From Macrostomum lignano (lineage: Eukaryota), in assembly GCA_002269645.1 (NCBI GenBank), contig NIVC01002123.1, forward strand, positions 62,001-126,000: a stretch of 64,000 nt of DNA. Reading direction: 5' to 3'. The position numbers were made by a program, and so were the translations under genes. Of the stretch, positions 1 to 11,435 are shown piece after piece. Each line of letters begins with the position of its first letter. Position 1 is the first letter of the stretch. Under the pieces are notes generated by a model. The model was not told the DNA's origin, did not search any database, and was given only the letters and a program-made list of their open reading frames with translations.

Positions 1-104
1 GTTTTCAAGGTTCTTAACTAAACTCATGTTGGCGTTGTCTCAGGTACATTATTAGCAACTTTCCTGATTTTAAAAGTAGTTCAAATGAGTTTGAAAGAAA
101 CTAA

Positions 105-1500
105 ATTCTGTCACTCTCCACTCCTCAGTTCTGTCACTCTCCACTCCTCATTTCTGTCACTCTCCACTCCTCATTTCTGTCACTCTCCACTCCTCATTTC
201 TGTCACTCTCCACTCCTCATTTCTGTCACTCTCCACTGACTTCTGTCACCCTCCACTCCTCACTTCTGTCACTCTCCACTCCTCATTTCTGTCACTCTCC
301 ACTCCTCAGTTCTGTCACTCTCCACTCCTCACTTCTGTCACCCTCCACTGACTTCTGTCACCCTCCACTCCTCACTTCTGTCACTCTCCACTCCTCACTT
401 CTGTCACTCTCCACTCCTCAGTTCTGTCCCCCTCCTCACTTCTGTCACCCTCCACTCCTCACTTCTGTCACCCTCCACTCCTCATTTCTGTCCCCCTCCT
501 CACTTCTGTCACTCTCCACTCCTCACTTCTGTCACCCTCCACTCCTTACTTCTGTCACCCTCAACTCCTCAGTTCTGTCACTCTTCACTCCTCACTTCTG
601 TAACTCTCCACTCCTCACCTCTGTCACTCTACACTCCACAGTTCTGTCACCCTCCACTCCTCACTTCTGTCACCCTCCACTCCTCAGTTCTGTCACTGTC
701 CACTCCTCAGTTCTGTCACCCTCCACTCTTCACTTCTGTCACCCTCCACTCCTCAGTTCTGTCACCCTCCACTCTTCACTTCTGTCACCCTCCACTCCTC
801 ATTTCTGTCCCCCTCTTCACTTCTGTCACTCTCCACTCCTCACTTCTGTCACTCTCCACTCCTCATTTCTGTCCCCCTCCTCACTTCTGTCACTCTCCAC
901 TCCTCACTTCTGTCACCCTCCACTCCTCACTTCTGTCACTCTCCACTCCTCAGTTCTGTCACCCTCCACTCTTCACTTCTGTCACCCTCCACTCCTCATT
1001 TCTGTCCCCCTCTTCACTTCTGTCACTCTCCACTCCTCACTTCTGTCACTCTCCACTCCTCATTTCTGTCCCCCTCCTCACTTCTGTCACTCTCCACTCC
1101 TCACTTCTGTCACCCTCCACTCCTCACTTCTGTCACCCTCCACTCCTCACTTCTGTCACCCTCCACTCCTCACTTCTGTCACCCTCCACTCCTCACTTCT
1201 GTCACCCTCCACTCCTCATTTCTGTCCCCCTCCTCACTTCTGTCACTCTCCACTCATCACTTCTGTCACTCTCCACTCCTCACTTCTGTCACCCTCCACT
1301 CCTCACTTCTGTCACCCTCCACTCCTCACTTCTGTCACCCTCCACTCCTCACTTCTGTCACCCTCCACTCCTCACTTCTGTCACTCTTCACTCTTCATTT
1401 CTGTCACCCTGCAATCCTCATTTCTGTCACCCGGCACTCATTTCTGTCACCTTACACTTTCCTTTAATCACCCTCCACTCCATACTTTGTCATCCTCTAC
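105..1500. repeat. CT-rich minisatellite, 17/23-nt units (TTCTGTCACTCTCCACTCCTCAC)
   Basis: Directly visible tandem units with variants; the ORF 85..351 is repeat-derived. Confidence 0.95.
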
Positions 1501-2253
1501 TCTTGCTGAGATGAGAAATTGCAGAAATTTCAAAGCGCATAAGTGTAATTGCTGAGATTTCATGGCTCATGGGGAAATTGCTGAGATTTCATGGCTCATG
1601 GGGAAATTGCTGAGATGCTGTTTCTCAAGGGGATGCTGATATCTTAGACTAGACTAATCTGGCTTTTAGGGCTGATGATTTTTTGCAGTAAAAATCATTT
1701 TCCTTTAGAGATCAACAATGGTGACTATGCAAGGTCAGAAACTAAATGTATCGTTTATTTAAAAAATTGCAGATTACTAGACTGCCAGTAGTATTTCCAT
1801 ATTTTGATTAAAAGTTCAAAGTTTTTTCTAACAAGAAAAATAATTCAAGGATTCCCCCTTTCCGACCGTCATCGCTCGTTCTTAGCGATGGAATTTTCCT
1901 CGTTCAACTGCCGCAAGGCGGCAGCCTTCGCTGGCCCGGCCGGTGGAGATTCCCCCAGCTTGGGGTCTGGGAAAGCCCCGCCCCGAGTGTGTCTAAAAAT
2001 AGATTGGGCTTGCACTCCGGCGCAACCCCTCTCCGTTGAAAGTGAAATCCACGCAGTTTGTGACGAAAAGTTTTTTAAATTAGACTGGAATATTTTCCAG
2101 CTTTACATGTAACAGGACAGTTTCTACAGCAGAAAATTAATCAAGCTAAAACTTCGTTCACGCGTTAAACTACACTGTGTTACCACTTTTCGTTAGACTT
2201 TTGATCTGCGCCACGAGTGAGGTATTACAATACATTTGAAAATATTTCTTTCA

Positions 2254-2980
2254 GTGTCAGGAGAGACAGTGAGGTGTCAGGAGAGACAGTGAGGTGTCAG
2301 GAGAGACAGTGAGGTGTCAGGAGAGACAGTGAGGTGTCAGGAGAGACAGTGAGGTGTCAGGAGAGACAGTGAGGTGTCAGGAGAGACAGTGAGGTGTCAG
2401 GAGAGACAGTGAGGTGTCAGGAGAGACAGTGAGGTGTCAGGAGAGACATTGAGGTGTCAGGAGAGACAGTGAGGTGTCAGGAGAGACAGTGAGGTGTCAG
2501 GAGAGACAGTGAGGTGTCAGGAGAGACAGTGAGGTGTCAGGAGAGACAGTGAGGTGTCAGGAGAGACAGTGAGGTGTCAGGAGAGACAGTGAGGTGTCAG
2601 GAGAGACATTGAGGTGTCAGGAGAGACAGTGAGGTGTCAGGAGAGACAGTGAGGTGTCAGGAGAGACAGTGAGGTGTCAGGAGAGACATTGAGGTGTCAG
2701 GAGAGACAGTGAGGTGTCAGGAGAGACAGTGAGGTGTCAGGAGAGACAGTGAGGTGTCAGGAGAGACAGTGAGGTGTCAGGAGAGACATTGAGGTGTCAG
2801 GAGAGACAGTGAGGTGTCAGGAGAGACAGTGAGGTGTCAGGAGAGACAGTGAGGTGTCAGGAGAGACAGTGAGGTGTCAGGAGAGACAGTGAGGTGTCAG
2901 GAGAGACATTGAGGTGTCAGGAGAGACAGTGAGGTGTCAGGAGAGACAGTGAGGTGTCAGGAGAGACAGTGAGGTGTCAG
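2254..2980. repeat. 20-nt tandem array (GTCAGGAGAGACAGTGAGGT), ~36 near-identical copies
   Basis: Directly visible; only a recurrent CAGT/CATT variant. Confidence 0.97.
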
Positions 2981-3392
2981 TTAGGCCAGGCCAGTGAGAT
3001 GTCAGGAGTAGTAAGATGTCAGTGGAGGCGTCTTCAAAGAATTAGTTTCTGCTTCAAGTGCATTAAGAAAATACAAGGCTTATTCCTACGCATTTTAATT
3101 ATTACATTTTCACACGCTCTACTCGCAGTAGCAATAACAATTTTTTAATATTTACAGTGAGGTAAAAAAAACACAGGCTATCCACATGTTATAGAGCCAT
3201 GGAAACTACCGGTACTACCGGGTGCCTTAATCAAGGACAACTAGAAAAAAGCTATTGATCTCTTCTTTGAAACATCTTCTGGGGTACTTGAGGGAGATGC
3301 GCTGGTGCCATTCGCTGGTGCCGTTCGGGTTTGTCCAGGGGCTTTGACTGGGTGCTACCGACTGCTCTTCTCAACCTGTGACCCTCTCTGGG

Positions 3393-3985
3393 GACAGTGA
3401 CCTTAGCAACCGCATAGGCTCAGTGACCCCCACTAGGGACAGTGACCCTAGCAACCGCATAGGCTCAGTGACCCCCACTAGGGACAGTGACCCTAGCAAC
3501 TGCATACATGTAGGCTCAGTGACCCCCACTAGGGACAGTGACCCTAGCAATCGCATAGGCTCAGTGACCCCCACTAGGGACAGTGACCCTAGCAACCGCA
3601 TAGGATCAGTGACCCCCACTAGGGACAGTGACCCTAGCAACCGCATAGGCTCAGTGACCCCCACTAGGGACAGTGACCCTAGCAACCGCATACATGTAGG
3701 CTCAGTGACCCCCACTAGGGACAGTGACCCTAGCAACCGCATACATGTAGGCTCAGTGACCCCCACTAGGGACAGTGACCCTAGCAACCGCATACATGTA
3801 GGCTCAGTGACCCCCACTAGGGACAGTGACCCTAGCAACCGCATAGGCTCAGTGACCCCCACTAGGGACAGTGACCCTAGCAATCGCATAGGCTCAGTGA
3901 CCCCCACTAGGGACAGTGACCCTAGCAATCGCATAGGCTCAGTGACCCCCACTAGGGACAGTGACCCTAGCAGTCGCATAGATTC
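3393..3985. repeat. 39/45-nt minisatellite (CAGTGACCCTAGCAACCGCATAGGCTCAGTGACCCCCACTAGGGA-like)
   Basis: Directly visible; explains ORFs 3371..3979 and 3378..4034. Confidence 0.95.
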
Positions 3986-4292
3986 AGTGACCCCTTTTAG
4001 CGACCGTGAACGTCATGTCTTAAGAAAGGTCTAATTATGTATGATGATTTTCTATCCGTGCTATACAAAAAAGGTATAGGAATTAGGGGGTGGGTGCTGG
4101 GGTTGCTGTTGTGGGGTGGCTACCTGCAGGTACAGCTGCAGTGCAGCTAGCTTGTATACAGTATATATACACACATATGCGCCACAAAGCTAACCTTCTC
4201 GATTCCATTGTCCGAAAGCTGTTCTCATAAAACTTTGCACATATACGTAGAAATGGCACAATCCAATGCTGAGTTTATCAAACCTTTTGTAG

Positions 4293-7200
4293 GCAAATTG
4301 CTGCAGAATTTGTTTGGCCACGAGACCTCAACTAAACTGCAGTCGGCGAGCGTCAAGGGCGTCGATGCTGGGTCTCTGCAGGCCTACATTGTTGGTAAGC
4401 TCAAGTCCATTCTGATTTAGTTCTGAAATGGAGCGTTCAGATTAACATTTGAGAATATTAGTCTAATTTTGGTCTAAATCATATATGAGAAAAATCATCT
4501 AAAATTTAGTGCTTAGAATATTGAAAACGCTACAAATCTTTTTGGAATATTTCAAGTCGTAAAAAGTGTAGAATGAATGAATGTTTATTAAAACTTAAAT
4601 GTTAAAAAATTTCGGTTCCATGTTCAGATTTAGGCTGTCTCTCAGTGTGCACTTTGAGCTCTTAGAGCTATTATTGTAAACTGTGCAATTGCTATACTGA
4701 AGTACCCTGTGAGTCTGCCTGACTGCTGCTTTTGAATTCAACAGTGCTGTACGCGCCTACAATGGAAGCTAAGGAGGCTTTAAGCAAGTATCTGGAGTGC
4801 CCACTCTCCCCCAAATGCCCATTTTTGTGCGGCGCCTCACGCACGTTTAGACACAAAACACCAACTGCGTATATAAGTGTTTTTTTATAAGCCTTAAGAA
4901 TTACCGCGTTTAAAGCCCAAGCTAACCAACTCTTTGCTAATAAGATATCCCTTTAAAGTATCCCATCTGTCCAATCAGCATTTCAATACTTTGAAAGATC
5001 CAACAGTACCCCTTACAGAACCCTTTACAGTACCCCTTACAGAACCCTTTACAGTACCCCTTACAGAACCCTTTACAGTACCCCTTACAGAACCCTTTAC
5101 AGTACCCCTTACAGAACCCTTTACAGTACATGTACCCCCCCACAGTACCCACTACACACAACAGAACCCACCACAGAACCCTTTACAGTAAAATCTACAA
5201 AAATCCCCACAGTACCCTACAATACCTTACAGTACGATCTACAGAACCATTTACAGTAACCCCTACAGAAATCCCTACAGTACCCCCCGTACAGAACCCT
5301 GTACAGAATCCACTACAACACCCTCAGGAAACGCTTGTCTGGCTGTCGCTTCCTGTGAATTTCCCAAATTCGCAATCTACGAAGACAGACTGCGAGCATT
5401 GCAGTTGCAGTCTGATTATTTCAACAAAGACAGCAGCAAAGAGCATTTGGAACTGCTGGCTGTCGCGGGTGCCATCGGGCTGGCGGCTTCATCAATGAAG
5501 GGCGAACCGCAAGAGCAGCAGCAGCGCTGCTTCTGCTGCGGCAGCGGAGCTCCCTGTTGCTCGGACGCCTGTCCGGTGGCTCGCCTGCTCCGCCTGCTGC
5601 CCGCAACTGCGTTGTCAGGCGAACATCTGCATAGTAAATTGTTTTACTATGTTTCTGTAAATTTTGTAGAGATCCCATAGAATCAAGGTTTGCTGGGGGC
5701 TGAGGTCTACGCTGTCTAAAAGTGTCCTAAATAAAAGTTTAGATAACATACAGCACTGCAAGGCTTGAGGCGGAACACACGGCGTACAAGGGCACGGCGG
5801 TGCCTAGAATAAGCGTTGATTCCTTAAACTGCAGGATTTGAAGCTCCCAATCTAATGCTTTGTCCACTGGAGCTTGTGTTGCAACGTTCAGTTACGTTGA
5901 TTTAAACTAACGATGAAGCAATAACTTATTAGAGGTTTTCGCATGTTCCTAGAGACGCAAAAATTGTGCAAGCAGTTGCAGTTTACAAGCCACAGAATGC
6001 GATGGCAATGTGTAAAAAGACTCGCCTAAGTGCAACCATCAAAAATGAGGTGCGTTCACAAGTTCACGAGTGTACCAGAGTTGCTAGTTGGGTGATACTG
6101 ACTACTTGGCTCATTTTTGCAGCAGTAGCCAGTTGTGGGCCTAAACTATATCAAGTATCTCAACTATCAGCCCTTAATTGTACTCGTATTAGCCTCCGAT
6201 ACTACGCGCTCGTAGTAAGATTTCCTCGATTTTGATGAGGACAGCTCACTGCACTATGAAATTCAAACACTTTGCAGGAAAATCATCAGAAGCTACAACA
6301 GCAGCAGCTGTGGATCAGTTCTGCCAGCTGCTGGCTTCCATCTGGCACCGGCTGCAGGACTCCATAGCGGCGCGGATAGCTGTCACCTTTGGGTTCGAGA
6401 TGCCTGACCTCCTGCTTGCGGTTCTGGCTCGGTGCTGCAGCCAGCCAGGCAAAGAGGGATCAGTGCAAGCTGGTCAGATCGGTCCGCTGGTTGACCAGCT
6501 CCAGGCCGGGGACCTGATCAGCAGCGTCCATCAGTATTTGACAGACGGCGGGTACTGCGGTGAGGTCTGGGCGACACTCCGTTGGAAGCTCCTGCCTGAC
6601 GCTGTTGACGCCCTGCTCGGCATGGGAAAAGCTGACAGGTAAGTCTGGCACGATTCGATAAATTGATCTTCGAAATCACTATCACGTCCACAGTCACCTT
6701 TTTAGTGAAGTATTTGCATGCTCGCTCACCTAAATCTGTCATGTTCTCCAACCTAAATCTGTGGTGTTCTCCAAACTAAGCCTGTCATGTTCTCCAACCT
6801 AAATCTGTGGTGTTCTCCAAACTAAGCCTGTCATGTTCTCCAACCTAAATCTGTGGTGTTCTCCAACCTAAACCTGTCATGTTCTCCAAACTAAATCTGT
6901 CATGTTCTCCAAACGAAACCTGTCATGTTCTCCAAACTAAATCTGTCATGTTCTCCAAACTAAATCTGTCATGTTCTCCAAACTAAATCTGTCATGTTCT
7001 CCAAACTAAATCTGTCATGTTCTCCAAACGAAACCTGTCATGTTCTCCAAACGAAATCTGTCATGTTCTCCAAACTAAATCTGTCATGTTCTCCAAACTA
7101 AATCTGCCATGTTCTCCAAACTAAACCTGTCATGTTCTCCGATCTAAATCTGATATGAAGTCCAATATGAATCCGTCAAAATCTGTCAAATACGTTTTGC

Positions 7201-7556
7201 ACTTGTGCGCAAACTCGCCATCCCACGAATGAAACGATTCGATTCCATTACCAATGTCTGTTTCTCCCAGATCGTTGGGTCTCTCCAGCCTGCAGCGGAC
7301 ACCCGAAGCCGCTGCACCGGCAGCAGCGGCAGCAGCGGCAGCAGCAGAAGCAGAATGCTCACCAGAGCAACGCTCTGAGCAGGACACCGACAAGCCAGAC
7401 TCAAGCGCATGCAGGGCGTGTCAGTCCAACCAGGTAAACAGAGTCTGCCTGCCCTGCAGACACCTGGTTATTTGCTCGCGATGCAGTACGAGTCGGAGTC
7501 AATGCCCGAGGTGCGGAGCAAGTGTGCTGGCCTTTCTGCCGGCCTTTCTTACCTAA
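4293..7556 (+). CDS. IAP-like protein (degenerate BIR + UBA-like + C-terminal C3HC4 RING), 5' end not found; exons 4293-4394, 5328-5633, 6278-6638, 7271-7556
   Basis: Four GT-AG exons join in phase (1,1,2). The last exon encodes CRAC-x10-CLPCRHLVICSRC-x6-CPRC ending at the C-terminus (IAP/MDM2-type RING). Exon 2 has BIR-like YEDRLRAL...LLAVAG...RCFCCG. Exon 3 AVTFGFE..LL.AVL resembles the IAP UBA. Confidence 0.72.
5003..5300. repeat. 24-nt minisatellite (ACAGTACCCCTTACAGAACCCTTT) in IAP-like intron
   Basis: Directly visible; degenerates toward the acceptor at 5327. Confidence 0.9.
6730..7140. repeat. 23-nt minisatellite (AAACTAAATCTGTCATGTTCTCC) in IAP-like last intron
   Basis: Directly visible. 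Confidence 0.93.
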
Positions 7557-7606
7557 CTGATATTTCGTTACTGTTAGTATTTTTTTTTATTTCTTGTAAT
7601 ACAAAA

Positions 7607-9594
7607 TGATGAGGACGCACTTTTTCCCAAATCCCGCGCTAGCACATGGGCTCGAAACTTACTAGCCTACTAACAGTGGGCAATGGGCATTTTTATCCTT
7701 TTTCTGCGAATTTTCATAGAATCTATACTAGATATAATGTCTGGTCATACTAGTAGTCATAATAACATAGGCGCAGCTTTTTGGGTCATAAATCATCGCT
7801 TTCAAAGTTGGTCTGACAGCCACCTGCGCCTCACTCAGTGTTGAAGCGGGCGCCAGATGGTCTGAGAGGATGCGGGCGGTAGCTTTTTTCTCATCATTTT
7901 GACAGGCCATCAAGATTTATGAGGTCAGAGCCTATTGTTCGTGTTCACTCAAGCGAGTGACAGCTTTGACAGCTATGCGTTTTACCCCTAAAAGTACCTT
8001 GGGATTAGCGATTAGTGATTTCTCTTCATTATCTTCACTTTCTATTTAATAAGAGCTTTCTAATGTATATTTTTTCATTAATTTCCGTCAATCCTACGCG
8101 AAAAGTCATAAATCATTTTGTTGCGATTTTGAGTGATTTATGGCCGCACCTGTCATCTTTTTACGACCCTGTGGGAACTGATAGGATCTCTCGGTCACGT
8201 GATTCTGGGTAGCAACAAGCTTAGCCAATCAGAAAATTCGGCGCTCATTTTAACAAAACGGCTCAGCCAATCAGAATCGACGTGTTCCATTATAACAAAC
8301 TGCGGTCCAGTGGGCGGCTATTTAAACCGGAGTTTTTGGCCCGCTCGGACTCAACTTTGGCTCGGGCCCAGCGCGCAACTTCTGGTTCCCGGAGCACGAC
8401 CGTCGTTTCTTGATCCCCGGATTGCGACTTCCCCCCATCATCATCAAGGACGAGTCCCCCGGTCATCAGCAGCGAACATCAAGTTAAGAGCATCACCTAC
8501 TAGCTAACAGCGAAGGTTGTGACAGCATCATCCCGAGTCTACAGCTGCAGAGCATCGAGCCGATTCGGTCACTGTGGATTACCTGGTCTCCGGCTGTTGA
8601 GTTTCTGATTGGTTGGGTGAGAGGCTACCTAGACTTGCTTGATTGGGTGATCCCTTTTCTGTCCCCTGTTACAGTAGCTGAATTAGGCGCACACTTTTGC
8701 TCATTTTGTTCAGTAGTGCTGTTGCTGAGGCAGGAATCATTCAATAATACTGCTAGTAGTCTAAGACTCCAATTCAATCTGAAGTGTGAAGTGAACTAAG
8801 GAGAAGGTTAAATCTAACAGTTATTTTTATCGGTTTTATTTCTTTGTTCGCCGATGGCTCAGATGAGTAGCTAAGCTAGTAGGCGCCGGTCACAGTGGAC
8901 CAATGGCAAGGCAGTTCTCAGTCGATCAATCTACCAAATCAGTGAGCAAAACTGCCAGAAGTGCAGAATCGGCGCCAGAGATGTACTTTGTGCACTCTAG
9001 GGTAGCCAAGCGGCTCGGGTAAATGAATCATGCGGTCTCTGAAGTTCGAGTTAGTCTATCATCAGCGCTATGAGAGGCTAGTTGGCGCGTTGAAGGCCAA
9101 AAGTACATATCTTCGTATTTAGCAATGTAATAGTACATGCAGCTACCCCATAGACTCGCCACCGCAAGAATCCCCTGCACAAGTCCCCTCTGTACCTGCA
9201 TGGCCAATGCGATCTAGTCCCAGCAGTGTCCCTTATCATCGGCTATGACTTCGAGATTGACAGCAAAAAGACACTAGTTGGCAGGTAAGTGCAAAGCCCC
9301 TTCTAGTCGGAAGCCCGATTTCGAGAGTCCCGGTGTGGTGAGCCAGGGCGCACGGGCTGGTGGCAGCAAGTTAGTTGATCTGCGGATTAGCTAATTTCTA
9401 CTTTCAAAATTCTCCCTGCTCGTCTCTCGCTGTCCCTCTCTTAGCTATAGGACCTAGACTGTTCGCCACACGATCAAGCTACCATGGGGCTGACTATCTG
9501 ACAGGAGTGGGGGGCCAGGACTCTAATTGATTTATTTCTGAGCCTGAGGCCCGAAGGCTTCCCTAACAAGGAGCCCGAAGGTCGAAACCCATCA
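7607..9594 (+). mobile_element. Solo LTR copy 1 (~1988 bp), probably Ty3/Gypsy-type
   Basis: TGATG...CATCA termini; 4-bp TSD AAAA (7603-7606 / 9595-9598); homologous over its length to 11436-13387; no PBS or internal region follows. Confidence 0.85.
8223..8326 (+). promoter_or_regulatory. LTR U3 Pol II core promoter: CCAAT x2, GC box, TATA-like
   Basis: AGCCAATCAG at 8223 and 8265, GGGCGG at 8312, TATTTAAA at 8319-8326; same arrangement in copy 2. Confidence 0.7.
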
Positions 9595-10473
9595 AAAACT
9601 ATTAACAAATTTATTGTCTCACTCTTCTATCTCTCAGTTGAAACCGTCTTGCTAGTGGTGATTGTAGGCTATATTGTTTTTACTTTTTTATAAATAAGGT
9701 AATAACGTAAAAACGTAATATATTTACTTGCTTGCTTGTTAATTTCTATAATTCATTCTCTAACATCGCTAATGGGTAAGACTGAACACTAAAAATGACA
9801 GTCTTATATATATGAATATATGAATCTTCTTCGACCTAACTATGTATAAGCTAAGGATACAAATTATAGATCAATATTAGCATTAAATTTGCATTAGTTA
9901 TAGTTAAACGATAATGCCTTAGACTTATCACATACGCTTAAAGGTTTGCTTTAATAGGCATTCGCACTGATAACTGAATGCACTTTGTATAGCTCACAAC
10001 TCATGTACTCATGAGCGGGCCTTCATTGGAGTAGGAAGCTCCAAATTCGTGCAACCACTTTGCGGAGGCACACCCGCATCGAACCCGGGACTTATATAAG
10101 TTGTCCTTGGGTTACTTCGGCTCCACCACAAGTTAGCCTCGATCCTGATGGTGGCCTACATGTATTTCATCAACCATTTACCAGTGCAAAATCGAAATAC
10201 ATTGGCCTTCACTAAGATAAGTAGCCTTGAAAAGTACCTTTTAATGAGCAAATAATAACGTTGGTTCTTTTGATCAGCTGAAACGAATTCCCACTTGTTG
10301 CAAATTTTATCAACCTTTTTCGCGGCCACAGGTAAACCTAATCAAAACTGGGTATCAGCATTGTCTTCGAAGGTTTTCGGTATATTTTTATCAAACAGAC
10401 GAAAAAAGCCTTCTATTACCTCACAAGGTTACTCATATAGATACAATACGCTCGTAGCTCGCATGCTTCTTCC

Positions 10474-10794
10474 TCACGAAGCTGGATCCTCCTGAGACCC
10501 CGACTGCTCAGAAGTTGACTCAATCCTGGAGTAATACTGGCCGTTATATCTCCAGCGGCTCTTGCTCATGGACGCCTGGAACACCTGGGATCCAGGTGGC
10601 ACCGGTCGCTTCTTAGCCGCCGTCCTCGGGCTGAGGATCTGATCGCTGCCGTCCTGCAGCGTCGGCTCGACGGTTGACTGACGGTGCACAAAAGAGAAGC
10701 CGGGCAGGGCCCTCAGGTCCACGGCTGACTGCCCGCTTGCTGGCATCTCCACAGCGTCAGCTGCAGCCTCGTAGCTGCCGCTCTGCGACTCCAT
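10474..10794 (-). CDS. Possible exon or short ORF of an unknown gene (106 aa)
   Basis: GC-rich non-repetitive ORF starting at ATG, with candidate upstream acceptor (GTCTGCAG) and candidate donor TC|GTGAGG near its end; no recognisable domain. Confidence 0.3.
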   Translation of the reverse strand: MESQSGSYEAAADAVEMPASGQSAVDLRALPGFSFVHRQSTVEPTLQDGSDQILSPRTAAKKRPVPPGSQVFQASMSKSRWRYNGQYYSRIESTSEQSGSQEDPAS

Positions 10795-11249
10795 GCTTCA
10801 ACTCCTGCCGACACAGGCTGCAGACTGCATTTGAGATTTTGCTCTCTGAATTTATGCTTTTGTTGTGCGACGAGTCTTTTACAAGGCCTCCCACGGCTCA
10901 ATTAATTTGATTGTCTTGGTCATACCCTGTCTGTTGTTTTAACGACCTGGCACAGCTCGCGCTGAGCACGGCTCACAGCCTGCATATTTTTGCAATTGTT
11001 GTATTTTATGCTTTTTTCACTGCGCAACCCAGTTTTACGATCTGCATTTATGGGAGACCTGCCTGGCTGTTTTTTATGGCATGGACGAGACGGAGGGGCG
11101 GATCTGCTCAAGCTCAGTCAGCTTATTACGTCTCCATCAAACTTCTGGTTGTAACAACCAGAGGGTTTGACCGTGCTTTATTTATTGCCTCCGATGCCTT
11201 TGTGTTTTACTCTCACCCCATTCGCCTTCATCTCCAATGCAAATATGCT

Positions 11250-11431
11250 ACTCCGTCTCCATGTCACTCTCTCCCTCCGTCTCCCTGTCACTCTCTCCCT
11301 CCGTCTCCCTGTCACTCTTCATCCGTCTCCTTGTCACTCTCCCTCCGTCTCCCTGTTACTCTTCACCCGTCTCCCTGTCACTCTTCATCCGTCTCCATGT
11401 CACTCTCCCTCTGTCTCCCCTGTCACTCTTC
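11250..11431. repeat. CT-rich minisatellite, left part; interrupted by solo LTR 2 and resuming at ~13392-13520
   Basis: Units like CCCTGTCACTCTTCATCCGTCT occur on both sides of the LTR. Confidence 0.85.
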
Positions 11432-11435
11432 ATTT

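Noticed and set aside
1890-1990. HDV-like ribozyme resemblance (CAG-CCTTCG-CTG followed by GCCCGGCC, and a GGCGG/CCGCC pairing)
   Set aside because: No convincing 7-bp P1 partner and no catalytic C in the J4/2 position (GGGAAAG); likely a GC-rich promoter-like segment.
2254-2980. CRISPR array interpretation of the regular repeats
   Set aside because: Head-to-tail units without unique spacers, no cas genes, and eukaryotic context.
3255-3377. Additional upstream IAP exon (KKAIDLFFETSSGVLEG...)
   Set aside because: Phase is compatible, but the donor is weak (CT|GTGACC) and no start or upstream link was found; left unannotated.
9520-9594. Hammerhead-like words at the solo-LTR ends (TGATGAG at the start; CTGAGG...CGAAAC at the end)
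   Set aside because: No intact CUGANGA core with a matching stem II and no NUH cleavage triplet closing stem III; TGATG/CATCA is explained as the LTR terminal inverted repeat.
10050-10135. tRNA or tRNA-SINE on the minus strand (GGTTCGATGC B-box, GGAC...GTCC stem)
   Set aside because: Acceptor and D arms do not pair properly and no clear A-box; at most a degenerate SINE head.
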